Assembly (NCBI GenBank): GCA_045600705.1
Contig: JAZRYL010000078.1
Coordinates: 3,699 to 67,698 of the forward strand
Direction: 5' to 3'
From: Clostridia bacterium
Lineage (GTDB): Bacteria > Bacillota > Clostridia > Christensenellales > QALW01
DNA length: 64,000 nucleotides
Shown here: positions 27,328 through 37,203 of the stretch, piece after piece
Numbering within the stretch: position 1 is the stretch's first letter
Layout of the letters: each line of letters starts with the position of its first letter
Translations under genes and position numbers: made by a program
The notes under the pieces: model-generated
What the model was told of the DNA's origin: nothing
The model's input: only the letters and a program-made list of their open reading frames with translations
Databases searched by the model: none

Positions 27328-28479
27328 ATGAAAATTTGTATTTTTTCGGCAAATTATTTGCCCAATACCGGCGGCGTGGAACGGTACACTTATTATATGT
27401 CCAAGGAACTCATTAAAAGCGGACATGAAGTACTTGTTGTTACGTCCAACGTATTCAGATTGCCTACTCACGAAACGGTTGACGGTATAGAAATTTACCG
27501 ACTTGACTGTTACAACGTGCTTGCAGGAAGATTTCCCGTATTAAAGGCTAATTCGTCACTTAAACAAATCGACGGCGATATAAAATCAAGAAATTTTGAT
27601 TTGTTTATTGTAAATACACGGTTTTATTTCCATAGCCTGCACGCAATGAAACTTGCCAAAAAGTGCGGTGTTCACTGCATTTGCCTTGAACACGGAACCG
27701 CACATTTAACGGTAAACAATAAAATTGCCGATGCAATAGGCGAACGGTTTGAACATTTCCTTACGGCACTTGACAAAAAATACTGTTCCGATTATTACGG
27801 CGTATCTGAGGCGGCGTGCCAATGGAGTAGCCATTTCGGAATAAAATCCAAGGGTGTTTTGTATAATTCGGTGGATACCGAAGAAATAAACGGACTTATT
27901 GAACAAAATGAGATTTCGTACCGTGAAAAACTTAACATTGACAAGAATTCCACGGTGATAACCTTTACGGGCAGACTTGTAAAGGAAAAGGGAATTTTGC
28001 AGCTTATAGATGCGTTTGATAAAATCAAGTGCGAAAACAAGGCACTTATTATTGCCGGCAACGGACCTTTGTATGACGAGATAGCTGCAAGAAAGCAGGA
28101 ACACGTGCACGTTCTCGGCAAAATCGACTTCAAACACATTGTGGCGCTTTTAAGCGAAACGGATATATTCTGTTTGCCCTCGGAGTCAGAGGGACTTTCC
28201 ACGGCGGTGCTTGAAGCAACGGCATCAAAGTGCTATATAATTACCACCGAGCATGGCGGCACAAAAGAGCTTATTAACGGGGAAAAATACGGAACCGTTA
28301 TGAAAGGCAATTCGGTTGAGGAAATAACCAATGCGCTTAATGATATTATTTCACAACCCGAAAAAATGAAGCAATGCGTTGAAAATGCATATAACAGACT
28401 CGAGGAGAATTTTACTTGGAAAGTTACCGCAAACAAAATCATTCAAGTAATAGAGAAAGAGGGAAAACAAAATGTTTGA
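27328..28479 (+). CDS. Glycosyltransferase, GT4 (GT-B fold) family
   Basis: N-terminus FSANYLPNTGGVERY. C-terminal EX7E-type region PSESEGLSTAVLEATASKCYIITTEHGG. Confidence 0.8.
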   Translation: MKICIFSANYLPNTGGVERYTYYMSKELIKSGHEVLVVTSNVFRLPTHETVDGIEIYRLDCYNVLAGRFPVLKANSSLKQIDGDIKSRNFDLFIVNTRFYFHSLHAMKLAKKCGVHCICLEHGTAHLTVNNKIADAIGERFEHFLTALDKKYCSDYYGVSEAACQWSSHFGIKSKGVLYNSVDTEEINGLIEQNEISYREKLNIDKNSTVITFTGRLVKEKGILQLIDAFDKIKCENKALIIAGNGPLYDEIAARKQEHVHVLGKIDFKHIVALLSETDIFCLPSESEGLSTAVLEATASKCYIITTEHGGTKELINGEKYGTVMKGNSVEEITNALNDIISQPEKMKQCVENAYNRLEENFTWKVTANKIIQVIEKEGKQNV

Positions 28480-29203
28480 CGCAGTAAAAGTAAAAAATGA
28501 ATGTGTAAAATGGATACAAAATTTCTTTGAAGAGAACGGAAAAGGATGCAATGCTATCGTAGGAATTTCCGGCGGAAAAGATTCTTCGGTAGTTGCCGCA
28601 CTTTGCGTTGAAGCACTTGGAAAAGACAGAGTTATCGGCGTGCTTATGCCTTGCGGCGAGCAGGCGGATATCGACTGTGCAAAACAACTTGTTGAACATT
28701 TGGAAATTAAGAATTACACAGTAAATATAAAAAATGCGGTAGAAGGACTTCTTAATGCACTTCCGCAGAATATGGAACTTACTCCGCAAACAAGAACTAA
28801 TCTTCCGCCCAGAATAAGAATGTCAACGCTTTACGCTATCGGACAGAGCAACAACGGCAGAGTTGCAAACACCTGCAATCTTTCAGAGGATTGGGTTGGA
28901 TATTCCACGCTTTACGGTGATGCGGCAGGCGATTTCAGTCCGCTTTCGCTTCTTACTGTGCAGGAGGTTAAGGAAATCGGTGCCGTTCTCGGACTGCCCG
29001 AAAATCTTGTCCACAAGGTGCCGATAGACGGACTTTGCGGTAAAACCGACGAGGATAATCTTGGATTTACCTATGCGGTGCTTGACAAATATATTCGCAC
29101 GGGCGTGTGCGAGGATAGCACCGTAAAGGAAAAAATCGACAGAATGTATAAGAACAGCAGATTTAAGCTTGAAAAAATGCCTCACTTTGAGCCGGAGATT
29201 TAA
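28472..29203 (+). CDS. nadE: Ammonia-dependent NAD+ synthetase
   Basis: PP-loop SGGKDS (VGISGGKDSSVVAAL) plus the NadE-typical TNLPPRIRM and STLYGD blocks. It overlaps the GT4 stop by 8 nt. Confidence 0.8.
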   Translation: MFDAVKVKNECVKWIQNFFEENGKGCNAIVGISGGKDSSVVAALCVEALGKDRVIGVLMPCGEQADIDCAKQLVEHLEIKNYTVNIKNAVEGLLNALPQNMELTPQTRTNLPPRIRMSTLYAIGQSNNGRVANTCNLSEDWVGYSTLYGDAAGDFSPLSLLTVQEVKEIGAVLGLPENLVHKVPIDGLCGKTDEDNLGFTYAVLDKYIRTGVCEDSTVKEKIDRMYKNSRFKLEKMPHFEPEI

Positions 29204-29217
29204 CGGAGGAAAAATCA

Positions 29218-30390
29218 ATGATGGAATTTGATTGCACCTGCAAAAGAAAACATCACGCCGCAACGCTTGAAAGCTATACCGTCGGCGAAAACGTAATTGA
29301 GCAGTTGCCGAAAATACTTGATAAGTACAATTCTGTATATATGGTTTGCGACGAAAATACGTATAAGGTCGCAGGCACAAAAGCAGAAGAAATACTGAAA
29401 AACGCAGGCAAGTTTTCTCATAAGCTTGTGCTTCCCAACGGATGCCTTCCGAATACTGAAACTATCGGAAATATCGTTATTCATTTGGCAGATCCCAAAG
29501 CGGACTCGGACATTTTCGCAAGTTGTCCTAATCCGGAATTTATTCTTGCGGTTGGCTCGGGAACGGTCAATGATTCCTGCCGACTTGTTTCGTACAGAAC
29601 GGGAATACCCTACGGCATTTTAGGCACTGCACCCTCAATGGACGGATATGCTTCGGCAGGTTCGCCCACGCTTTTTGACGGAACAAAAGCCACGATAAAA
29701 TGTACTACGCCAAAGCATATTATTGCCGATACAAACATAATGAAAGATGCACCGTTTGATATGCTTCTTGCAGGAATAGGCGATATGTTCGGCAAGTATA
29801 CGGGACTTCTTGATTGGGAACTTGCAAGAGATGAAACCGGCGAATATTTTTGCGAAAAAATCGCAAAAGACGTGCTTGATGCAACGAATTTGTGCCTTGA
29901 AAACGGGTACAAATTAGTCGAGAGAAGTGCCGAAACGGTAAAAAACATTATGGACGGATTTTTGGTTACGGGACTTGGAATGGCATACACGGGCAATTCA
30001 CGACCTGCTTCCGGTTCGGAACACATAATCGGTCACGCTTGGGAACTTGAAGATGTTGAAAACGGCAGAAAACCGTCACTGCACGGATTAGAAGTGTGCG
30101 AAGCAACAAGAATAGTTGCGGAGATATATACTCTTTTGTATAATGAAACAAGCGATATGCACTTAAAAGCACTTATCGAGAAATATATTCCGTACTTCAA
30201 AAAGGTTGAAGAATTCTGCATCAAAATGAACGTTCCCAGTCCCGTAAAGGACAGAGAGCGTATTCTTAAGTCCATTGACCGAGCATTAGTGCTTCGTGAC
30301 AGATATACCGTTCTTTTCTATCTTCGTGACAGAAATCTTCTTAAAGACTATGCGGTTCGGGCAACGGATAACGTGCTTAAAAGATTATAA
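29218..30390 (+). CDS. Iron-containing alcohol dehydrogenase superfamily protein, sn-glycerol-1-phosphate dehydrogenase (AraM/EgsA)-like
   Basis: VGSGTVNDSCR nucleotide-binding loop, GIGDMFGKYT, and the metal site GSEHIIGHAWE. Its size (390 aa) and these blocks resemble AraM-type G1P dehydrogenases. Confidence 0.55.
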   Translation: MMEFDCTCKRKHHAATLESYTVGENVIEQLPKILDKYNSVYMVCDENTYKVAGTKAEEILKNAGKFSHKLVLPNGCLPNTETIGNIVIHLADPKADSDIFASCPNPEFILAVGSGTVNDSCRLVSYRTGIPYGILGTAPSMDGYASAGSPTLFDGTKATIKCTTPKHIIADTNIMKDAPFDMLLAGIGDMFGKYTGLLDWELARDETGEYFCEKIAKDVLDATNLCLENGYKLVERSAETVKNIMDGFLVTGLGMAYTGNSRPASGSEHIIGHAWELEDVENGRKPSLHGLEVCEATRIVAEIYTLLYNETSDMHLKALIEKYIPYFKKVEEFCIKMNVPSPVKDRERILKSIDRALVLRDRYTVLFYLRDRNLLKDYAVRATDNVLKRL

Positions 30391-30409
30391 AATCCGATAA
30401 AAAGGTAAA

Positions 30410-30446
30410 AATAAAGGACTCATATTGAGTCCTTTTAATTTTTTCG
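30410..30446. terminator. Bidirectional intrinsic terminator
   Basis: AAAGGACTCA / TGAGTCCTTT stem flanked by A-rich and T-rich tracts, between convergent genes. Confidence 0.8.
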
Positions 30447-30449
30447 TTT

Positions 30450-31622
30450 TTATTTTCTGACAACACCCGTTCTCTCGGCGGCTTGTTTTACTGCTTCGGC
30501 AACCGCCTTGGCAACACCCTTATCAAGTGCGTTCGGCATAATATTATCTCTCGAAAGTTCGTTTTCGGGAATGTATTCGGCTATTGCTTTTGCGGCGGCA
30601 ATTTTCATTTCTTCGTTGATGTCAGTAGCTCCTGCATCAAGCGCACCGCGGAAAATTCCCGGGAAAGCAAGCACGTTATTTATCTGATTGGGAAAATCGC
30701 TTCTTCCCGTACCTACAATGTACGCACCTGCTTCAAGTGCCTTGTCGGGCATTATTTCGGGAACGGGATTTGCCATGGGGAATACGATTGCTTTTTCAGC
30801 CATGGAAGCAACCATTTCCTCGGTTACGACGTTGGGCGCTGAAACACCTACAAATGCATCTGCACCTTTCATTGCGTCTTTAAGTGTGCCATGCATATTG
30901 TCCTTGTTGGTTATTTCAGCCATTTCGGCTTGTGCAACGTTCATATCTTCCTTGCCACGGTAAAGTATGCCCGTTTTGTCAACCATTATCAAATTTTTGA
31001 TATTGAGCTGTAATATCATTTTTCCGATTGCAATTCCTGCGCTTCCTGCACCGTTTATTACTACGGTCATATCTTCCAAATTCTTTTTGGCAACCTTTGC
31101 CGCACTCATCAGCGCTGCCGAAAGTACGATCGCCGTTCCGTGCTGGTCGTCGTGAAATACAGGTATATCGCAAATTTCCTTAAGACGTCTTTCAATTTCG
31201 AAGCAACGGGGTGCAGAAATATCTTCAAGGTTTATTCCGCCGAATGAACCTGAAATCAAAGATATTGTTCTTACTATTTCGTCGGTGTCCTTGCTTCTTA
31301 CACAAAGCGGAAATGCGTCTACGCCGGCAAATTCTTTGAACAATGCACATTTTCCTTCCATAACGGGCATTCCTGCTTCGGGACCGATATCTCCTAAACC
31401 TAAAACGGCGGTTCCGTCGGTTATTACCGCAACAAGATTGCTTCTTCTTGTTAATTCAAAGCTTTTTGAATAGTCTTTTTGAATTTCAAGGCAGGGGGTA
31501 GCAACTCCCGGAGTGTAGCAAAGAGAAAGATCTTCCCTTGTATTCACCGGCGCACGGGAAATGACTTCGATTTTACCTTTCCATTCGTAGTGCTTTTTTA
31601 ATGATTCTTCCTGATAGTTCAT
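30450..31622 (-). CDS. NAD(P)-dependent malic enzyme
   Basis: Short-form malic enzyme blocks LCYTPGVA, VITDGTAVLGLGDIG and NGAGSAGIA (Rossmann). ATG 31622 follows GAGG. The ORF-track GTG at 31637 overlaps the Shine-Dalgarno. Confidence 0.85.
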   Translation of the reverse strand: MNYQEESLKKHYEWKGKIEVISRAPVNTREDLSLCYTPGVATPCLEIQKDYSKSFELTRRSNLVAVITDGTAVLGLGDIGPEAGMPVMEGKCALFKEFAGVDAFPLCVRSKDTDEIVRTISLISGSFGGINLEDISAPRCFEIERRLKEICDIPVFHDDQHGTAIVLSAALMSAAKVAKKNLEDMTVVINGAGSAGIAIGKMILQLNIKNLIMVDKTGILYRGKEDMNVAQAEMAEITNKDNMHGTLKDAMKGADAFVGVSAPNVVTEEMVASMAEKAIVFPMANPVPEIMPDKALEAGAYIVGTGRSDFPNQINNVLAFPGIFRGALDAGATDINEEMKIAAAKAIAEYIPENELSRDNIMPNALDKGVAKAVAEAVKQAAERTGVVRK

Positions 31623-31786
31623 AAATGCTGACCTCACAATTACTTTAATCTAATATATTTATCTAATTATACTATAAATTTGATTTTTTGAATATGTTTT
31701 TTATTAAAAAATAGAAAAATAGTCTTTTTCTTTGTTTTTTATTATGATATACTATTCGGGTAAACAATTTTGGCAAGGAGAATTTT

Positions 31787-33862
31787 ATGAAAAAAGAAGA
31801 CAATTTTTCCTGCTTGGAAAATATTTGGTTCGACAAAAAAGAAAACGATGTGAATTTTACCGTTAACGTTGAAGGCGAACAGCACGTGTTTACGGAGGGT
31901 GTTTCGTTCACTGTGCCCAACGAATGTTGGTGGTCTTCAAATAAAAGATACGATTTCGGCACACTCCAAAACAACAAAAAAGACGTTAAAGTTACCGTTG
32001 ATAATATGAATATAGAAGTTACCGAGCATTATGAGTTCTTCAACGTTTCGTCTGCGGTTAGAATGTGTAATACGGTTGAAAATATAGGCGAAAAGTCCAT
32101 AGAACTGTGCAATTTCACCTCCGGAAAGCTGAATATAAGCTATGATGAACCTATAAGCATAGCGGATGAAGAAAGATTTCGTATTCACTATGTTAAAAGC
32201 GGATGGGCGACGGAGGCACAATGGAAAGAGGGCTCGTTTATCGACCTTGGAATGTCGCCCTGCCGTGACGAATTTACCGGCACAATAGCACGGTTTACGC
32301 TTCGCAGTGAGGGCAGTTGGTCAACGGGCAGATATTATCCCATATTGATTTTAGAGGATAAAGAAAAGAATAAATCATATTTCATTGAGCACGAGGGCGC
32401 TTATACGTGGGAAATCAGTATCGGCAAGTGGGGTAAAGAAATCGTTCTTGAAGCAGGTTCGGCAGATTTTCACCACGACGGCTGGCACAAATGCCTTGAA
32501 AACGGAGAGAAATACACAACCACAAAGGTTCTTTTAGGTACGGTAAACGGCGGAATAGAAGAGGCAATCAAAGAGCTTATAAAGGCAAAAAGAGAAAGTT
32601 CACTTGTTAAAACCGATACCGTTCCCCTTTGCTATAACGTTTATATGGGCGGAATATGGGGCGAGCCGAACGACAAAAATCTTGTTCCGCTTATTGATGC
32701 GTGCAAGGAACTTGGTGTGGAAGCATTCTGCATAGATGCAGGTTGGTACAGACCGGAAAAGGATACGTCGAAATACAATTTGCTTGGCGATTATATTCCG
32801 GATGAAAAAAGATTCGGTGAAATGAAGCTTGACGGAGTATTAAAGTATATGCAGGATAGCGGAATGATACCGGGACTGTGGTTCGAATTTGAGGCAACGA
32901 ATATTGCTATGAACGGCTCGAAAAACGGTGAAGCAATGGTTAAACGAAACGGCAAGATAATATCCGAGCAACGTGGATTTTACGATTTGAGAGATGAAAA
33001 AGTCCGTGAACATTTGTTTAATGCGGTTGACCGTGTTTACAAAATGGGAATGCGCTTTATAAAGAATGACTATAATTTTTCTACGGGAATAGGAATAGGC
33101 GATAAGGACTACAACGAAGAGAATAAATCGTATATTTCGGCATTTTACGGATTTATCGACGAACTGTATAAGCGCTATCCCGATTTGATTATCGAAAATT
33201 GCGGAAGCGGCGGAATGCGCAGCGACAATGAAACTCTTTCGCATTTTCTTCTTCAGTCCACAAGCGACCAGGAACGATATTATAATTATCCGACTATTTC
33301 CGCCGGCTCGATAGGAATTATGCCTCCCGAAAAAGCGGGAATATGGGTGTATCCCTATGCTGCGTGGGGTACGGAATATTGGGATTTGCTTAACGGCGGA
33401 AGCCCTGAAGCGCTTCTTGAACGTGAGGACAGAAAAGAGCCGATCGTGTTCAATATGGTCAACGGTATGCTCGGGAGTATGTATCTTTCGGGACGTCTTG
33501 ACCTTATGAGTGACGAAAATAAGCACTATATAAAGGAAGCAATAGAAATCTTTAAGAAAAACAGAAAGTTCATTGCAAACGCATATCCTTGCTATCCTAC
33601 GGGATTCGGTGCAATGGGACGCAGACAGTTTGTGACCGCAGGATTGCTTGACGAAAACAAAACGGAAATGAAACTTTGCGTTTGGAAGCAAAATGCAAAG
33701 GAAGACACAATCTCGGTTGACCTTTCAAAATACACCGATGGGGGAGCAAAGGTAACGCTTACTTATCCCGCTGATACAGAGTATTCACTTGAAAACAACG
33801 TGCTTACTCTTACGCTTAAGGAAGAAAAATATATGGCGAGATATTTTGAAATTAAACTCTGA
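31787..33862 (+). CDS. GH36-family alpha-galactosidase
   Basis: Catalytic-domain blocks FCIDAGWY, IKNDYNF (KxD nucleophile region) and ENCGSGGMRSD (CxxGGGR-like). No signal peptide is present. Confidence 0.7.
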   Translation: MKKEDNFSCLENIWFDKKENDVNFTVNVEGEQHVFTEGVSFTVPNECWWSSNKRYDFGTLQNNKKDVKVTVDNMNIEVTEHYEFFNVSSAVRMCNTVENIGEKSIELCNFTSGKLNISYDEPISIADEERFRIHYVKSGWATEAQWKEGSFIDLGMSPCRDEFTGTIARFTLRSEGSWSTGRYYPILILEDKEKNKSYFIEHEGAYTWEISIGKWGKEIVLEAGSADFHHDGWHKCLENGEKYTTTKVLLGTVNGGIEEAIKELIKAKRESSLVKTDTVPLCYNVYMGGIWGEPNDKNLVPLIDACKELGVEAFCIDAGWYRPEKDTSKYNLLGDYIPDEKRFGEMKLDGVLKYMQDSGMIPGLWFEFEATNIAMNGSKNGEAMVKRNGKIISEQRGFYDLRDEKVREHLFNAVDRVYKMGMRFIKNDYNFSTGIGIGDKDYNEENKSYISAFYGFIDELYKRYPDLIIENCGSGGMRSDNETLSHFLLQSTSDQERYYNYPTISAGSIGIMPPEKAGIWVYPYAAWGTEYWDLLNGGSPEALLEREDRKEPIVFNMVNGMLGSMYLSGRLDLMSDENKHYIKEAIEIFKKNRKFIANAYPCYPTGFGAMGRRQFVTAGLLDENKTEMKLCVWKQNAKEDTISVDLSKYTDGGAKVTLTYPADTEYSLENNVLTLTLKEEKYMARYFEIKL

Positions 33863-33953
33863 TTCGGAAATTTTTCGATTTTGCAATAGGGTATTGAAAT
33901 TTTGATTTTAATGTGTTAGAATAACAAAAAATAAAAGCGAGGTGCTTGAAAAA

Positions 33954-35576
33954 ATGAAAACTCAGACATGGCTTGCCAATGAAATAGAATTTAAGGCAAA
34001 AAATACGTATGAAAACCCTTTCGAGGATGTTGACGTTGACGTAACGTTTACGTCGGGCAGAAAAAAACTTGTTATTCCTGCTTTCTGGGACGGCGGAAAC
34101 GTATGGCGTGTACGTTTTGCACTGCCGAAGGAGGGCGTTTGGAAATATGAAACAAAATCAAATCAAAAAGATAAGGGGTTTGAAAAAAGCGGAGAAGTTG
34201 TTTGCGAAAAATATACCGGCGAATATGAAATTTACAAGCGCGGCTTTGTAAAAACCGAGCCCGGCAAAAGATATTTCGTGTACGATGACGGAACACCGTT
34301 CTTCTATTTGGGCGATACTCATTGGAACTTCACTTGTGAAGAATTTGACGAACCCGGTGAACACGCAGGCGATCTTAAGTGCGAATCACATTTTAAGTAT
34401 ATTGTTGATAAACGTGTAGAGCAGGGCTTTAACGTTTACCAAAGCGAACCTATCGGCGCACAGTACAAGATCGGAAACGGTGTTGACGAAAGCGACATCG
34501 ACGGCTTCAAAAAATTTGATAAATACTTTAAGTATATTGCGGATAAGGGACTTGTTCATGCAAATGCACAGCTTGATTTCCCCAGGGTAGTTGTTTATTA
34601 TGAGCGCCTTGAGGATAAAAAATATATGCGCCGTCTTGCAAAATATTGGGCGGCAAGATATTCTGCATATCCTGTTATGTGGACGCTCGGTCAGGAGGTC
34701 GACAACGATTTCTACTTTACACGCGGCGATCAGAAACGCTTTGAAAAGGAAAACAACCCGTTCAAGCTTTTTGCCGAAGGCCTTGTTGAGGGCGACGCAT
34801 ATCATCATCCGCTTACCGCACACATGGAATACTGTTCTCTTACGGCAGGACCCGGTGTGGACGGAACTTGCCCATCAACGTCTGCTTTCCGTGACGTTAA
34901 GGGACACGATTTCTACGGCTATCAGTGGTCACGTTCGGGCGCATCTCCCGTTGATCCCGAATTTGCACGTGACGGTTGGGTAAACGGTCAAGGCAAAGTT
35001 TGTATTCTTTATGAGTCAAGATATGACTTCCTTTGGGCAACTCATATGGGCGCACGAAGCGAGGGTTGGCTTGCTTACCTTAACGGTCTTTACGGCTACG
35101 GCTACGGTGCTATCGACATTTGGCTTTATAAGAGCACATACGATATTCATAGGGAATCAAACGACGGCTACGGCGTTATAACACCCGAAGACAAGCAGGT
35201 TTATTGGTCAAAGAGCGTTGAGTTCGAAACCGCAAAGCAGATGACATATATGAAAGATTTCTTTACGAAGCTTGAGTGGTGGAAACTTCAACCGAGATTT
35301 AATTCAGCTACGTACTTTGTTGCCGATAAGGAAAACTTCTATTCGCTTGCTTCCGACGAAAGAAATACAATAGTTATGTATTTCTGCCAAAAGGATAGCT
35401 TTGATACCGGTTCACTTACAAACCTTGACAGATGCAAATATACCGCACAGTGGTTCAATCCGAGAACGGGCGAGTATCTTGAAAAAACGGAATTCATTCC
35501 CGATTCGCACAGAATGTACCGTGTTCCGTTTAAGCCGGATAAACAGGACTGGGTTCTTTTAGTACAGAAAGCATAA
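33954..35576 (+). CDS. DUF5060/DUF4038 glycoside hydrolase (GH140-like), cytoplasmic
   Basis: N-terminal Ig-like block (VIPAFWDGGNVWRVRFALPKEGVWKYE) followed by a TIM-barrel entry block (YFVYDDGTPFFYLGDTHWN). ATG 33954 follows GAGGTG. Confidence 0.6.
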   Translation: MKTQTWLANEIEFKAKNTYENPFEDVDVDVTFTSGRKKLVIPAFWDGGNVWRVRFALPKEGVWKYETKSNQKDKGFEKSGEVVCEKYTGEYEIYKRGFVKTEPGKRYFVYDDGTPFFYLGDTHWNFTCEEFDEPGEHAGDLKCESHFKYIVDKRVEQGFNVYQSEPIGAQYKIGNGVDESDIDGFKKFDKYFKYIADKGLVHANAQLDFPRVVVYYERLEDKKYMRRLAKYWAARYSAYPVMWTLGQEVDNDFYFTRGDQKRFEKENNPFKLFAEGLVEGDAYHHPLTAHMEYCSLTAGPGVDGTCPSTSAFRDVKGHDFYGYQWSRSGASPVDPEFARDGWVNGQGKVCILYESRYDFLWATHMGARSEGWLAYLNGLYGYGYGAIDIWLYKSTYDIHRESNDGYGVITPEDKQVYWSKSVEFETAKQMTYMKDFFTKLEWWKLQPRFNSATYFVADKENFYSLASDERNTIVMYFCQKDSFDTGSLTNLDRCKYTAQWFNPRTGEYLEKTEFIPDSHRMYRVPFKPDKQDWVLLVQKA

Positions 35577-35590
35577 TTGCGGAGGCGGAA

Positions 35591-37054
35591 ATGTTAAGAT
35601 CATACGATTTTCCCGAAGAAAAAGAACAACGCATAAATATTACTGCAAACGGTACACAAATTCCCGTGTACCGTGCAACAGTATCAAAATATCCCCTTAA
35701 CCGCAGGTGGCCCGGACATCAGCGCCCGCTTGACCAAACGGAAACGGCATATTTTGCTTATGTTGAAACGGATGAAAAGTTCATCTGCCGTTTTGAGTAT
35801 CAAAAAGATTTTGAAAACGTGGTAATAAGACCTCTTTCAAAAAATATCAAAGCAAAAAAGGAACAAAATACCGTTGTTGCAGAATTTGTTTCCGAGGGCA
35901 AATACACGGTGGAGCTCGACGGCGTGCATAATGCGCTTCATTTGTTCGTAAACAAACCGAGAAAATATGATTTGAATGGCGACGTAATTCGTTTTGAAAA
36001 GGGCGTTCACGAAGTAGGAGAAATAGTTCTTAAAAGCGGACAAACTCTTTTTATAGACGAGGGTGCTATCGTTTACGGTACTGTTTTTGCAGAGAATGCG
36101 GAAAATATTACCGTTTGCGGTCACGGAATTCTCGACGCAAGTCATCACAAAGAAAAAATTCTTTTTGAGGCAAACAAACCCGAACAAAAAGGTTTTGCGG
36201 TAAGAAATGCGGTACGCACCCATACGGTACGTTTCAATTACTGTAAAAACGTAACGGTTAAAGATATTACGATCCGTGATTCACTTGTTTATACTATTTG
36301 CCCGATATGCACTGATAATATTTCCATAGATAACGTAAACATCATCGGAAACTGGAGATATAATTCTGACGGCATAGATATGCACAACTGTGCAAATGTT
36401 AATATAAGCAACTGCTTCATCCGAACCTTTGATGATTCCCTTTGCGTTAAGGGATTTGACTACTTGATGAAAGAAGAAGATATGCTTCGCAACGGTATAA
36501 TGCACGATACGTTCAACAATGTGACCGTAAGTAATTGCGTTATCTGGTGCGACTGGGGACGTTCACTTGAAATAGGTGCGGAAACACGTGCAAGGGAAAT
36601 TTCGAATATTACTTTTGCAAACTGCGATCTTATTCATAATTCATATGCGGCGTGCGACGTACAGAACGTTGACTATGCCGACGTTCACAATATCGTTTTT
36701 GAAAACATCAACGTTGAATACGATGACAGATGCTATTCGCTTCAACTTCAGGAAACGGATGAGCAAAAATATGACTTGGAGCAAGACAAGGACTTCATGC
36801 CGAATTTCTTGTGCACAAGCATAAACTATATTCCCGAATATTCAAAATCCGCCACCGAGAGGGGCAGAATAAGAGATATTCTGTTCAAAAACATAAACGT
36901 TTTCGCTAAAAAAATGCCGCCGATTTTGTTTGAGGGCTACGACAATCAGAACATCGAAAGCGTTACCGTGGAAAATATTTTCTTAAACGGCGAAAAAATC
37001 AACAGTACGGACAGTATTATTACAAAGCACGTTGATAATTTGATTATTAAATAA
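35591..37054 (+). CDS. Right-handed beta-helix glycosidase, GH28-like
   Basis: NSDGIDMHNC and FDDSLCVKG blocks correspond to GH28 NTDG and DD motifs. Beta-helix periodicity repeats (NVTVKDITI, NISIDNVNI, NVNISNCFI). Confidence 0.55.
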   Translation: MLRSYDFPEEKEQRINITANGTQIPVYRATVSKYPLNRRWPGHQRPLDQTETAYFAYVETDEKFICRFEYQKDFENVVIRPLSKNIKAKKEQNTVVAEFVSEGKYTVELDGVHNALHLFVNKPRKYDLNGDVIRFEKGVHEVGEIVLKSGQTLFIDEGAIVYGTVFAENAENITVCGHGILDASHHKEKILFEANKPEQKGFAVRNAVRTHTVRFNYCKNVTVKDITIRDSLVYTICPICTDNISIDNVNIIGNWRYNSDGIDMHNCANVNISNCFIRTFDDSLCVKGFDYLMKEEDMLRNGIMHDTFNNVTVSNCVIWCDWGRSLEIGAETRAREISNITFANCDLIHNSYAACDVQNVDYADVHNIVFENINVEYDDRCYSLQLQETDEQKYDLEQDKDFMPNFLCTSINYIPEYSKSATERGRIRDILFKNINVFAKKMPPILFEGYDNQNIESVTVENIFLNGEKINSTDSIITKHVDNLIIK

Positions 37055-37068
37055 CAATTACGGTAAAA

Positions 37069-37110
37069 ATCCCGATAATAACTGTGATAAGTTGTTATCG
37101 GGATCTTTTT
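37069..37110 (+). terminator. Intrinsic terminator
   Basis: ATCCCGATAA ... TTATCGGGAT followed by CTTTTT. Confidence 0.8.
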
Positions 37111-37125
37111 ATTTATAAAAAAAGT

Positions 37126-37154
37126 TTGTCAAATAAAAATAAATTTGGTATAAT
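37126..37154 (+). promoter_or_regulatory. Sigma-A type promoter (TTGTCA-17-TATAAT)
   Basis: Hexamers at 37126-37131 and 37149-37154. Confidence 0.6.
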
Positions 37155-37203
37155 TATATTGGATTTATTTATTTATATTTTTTTACAAAGGGAGAATTTT
37201 TTT

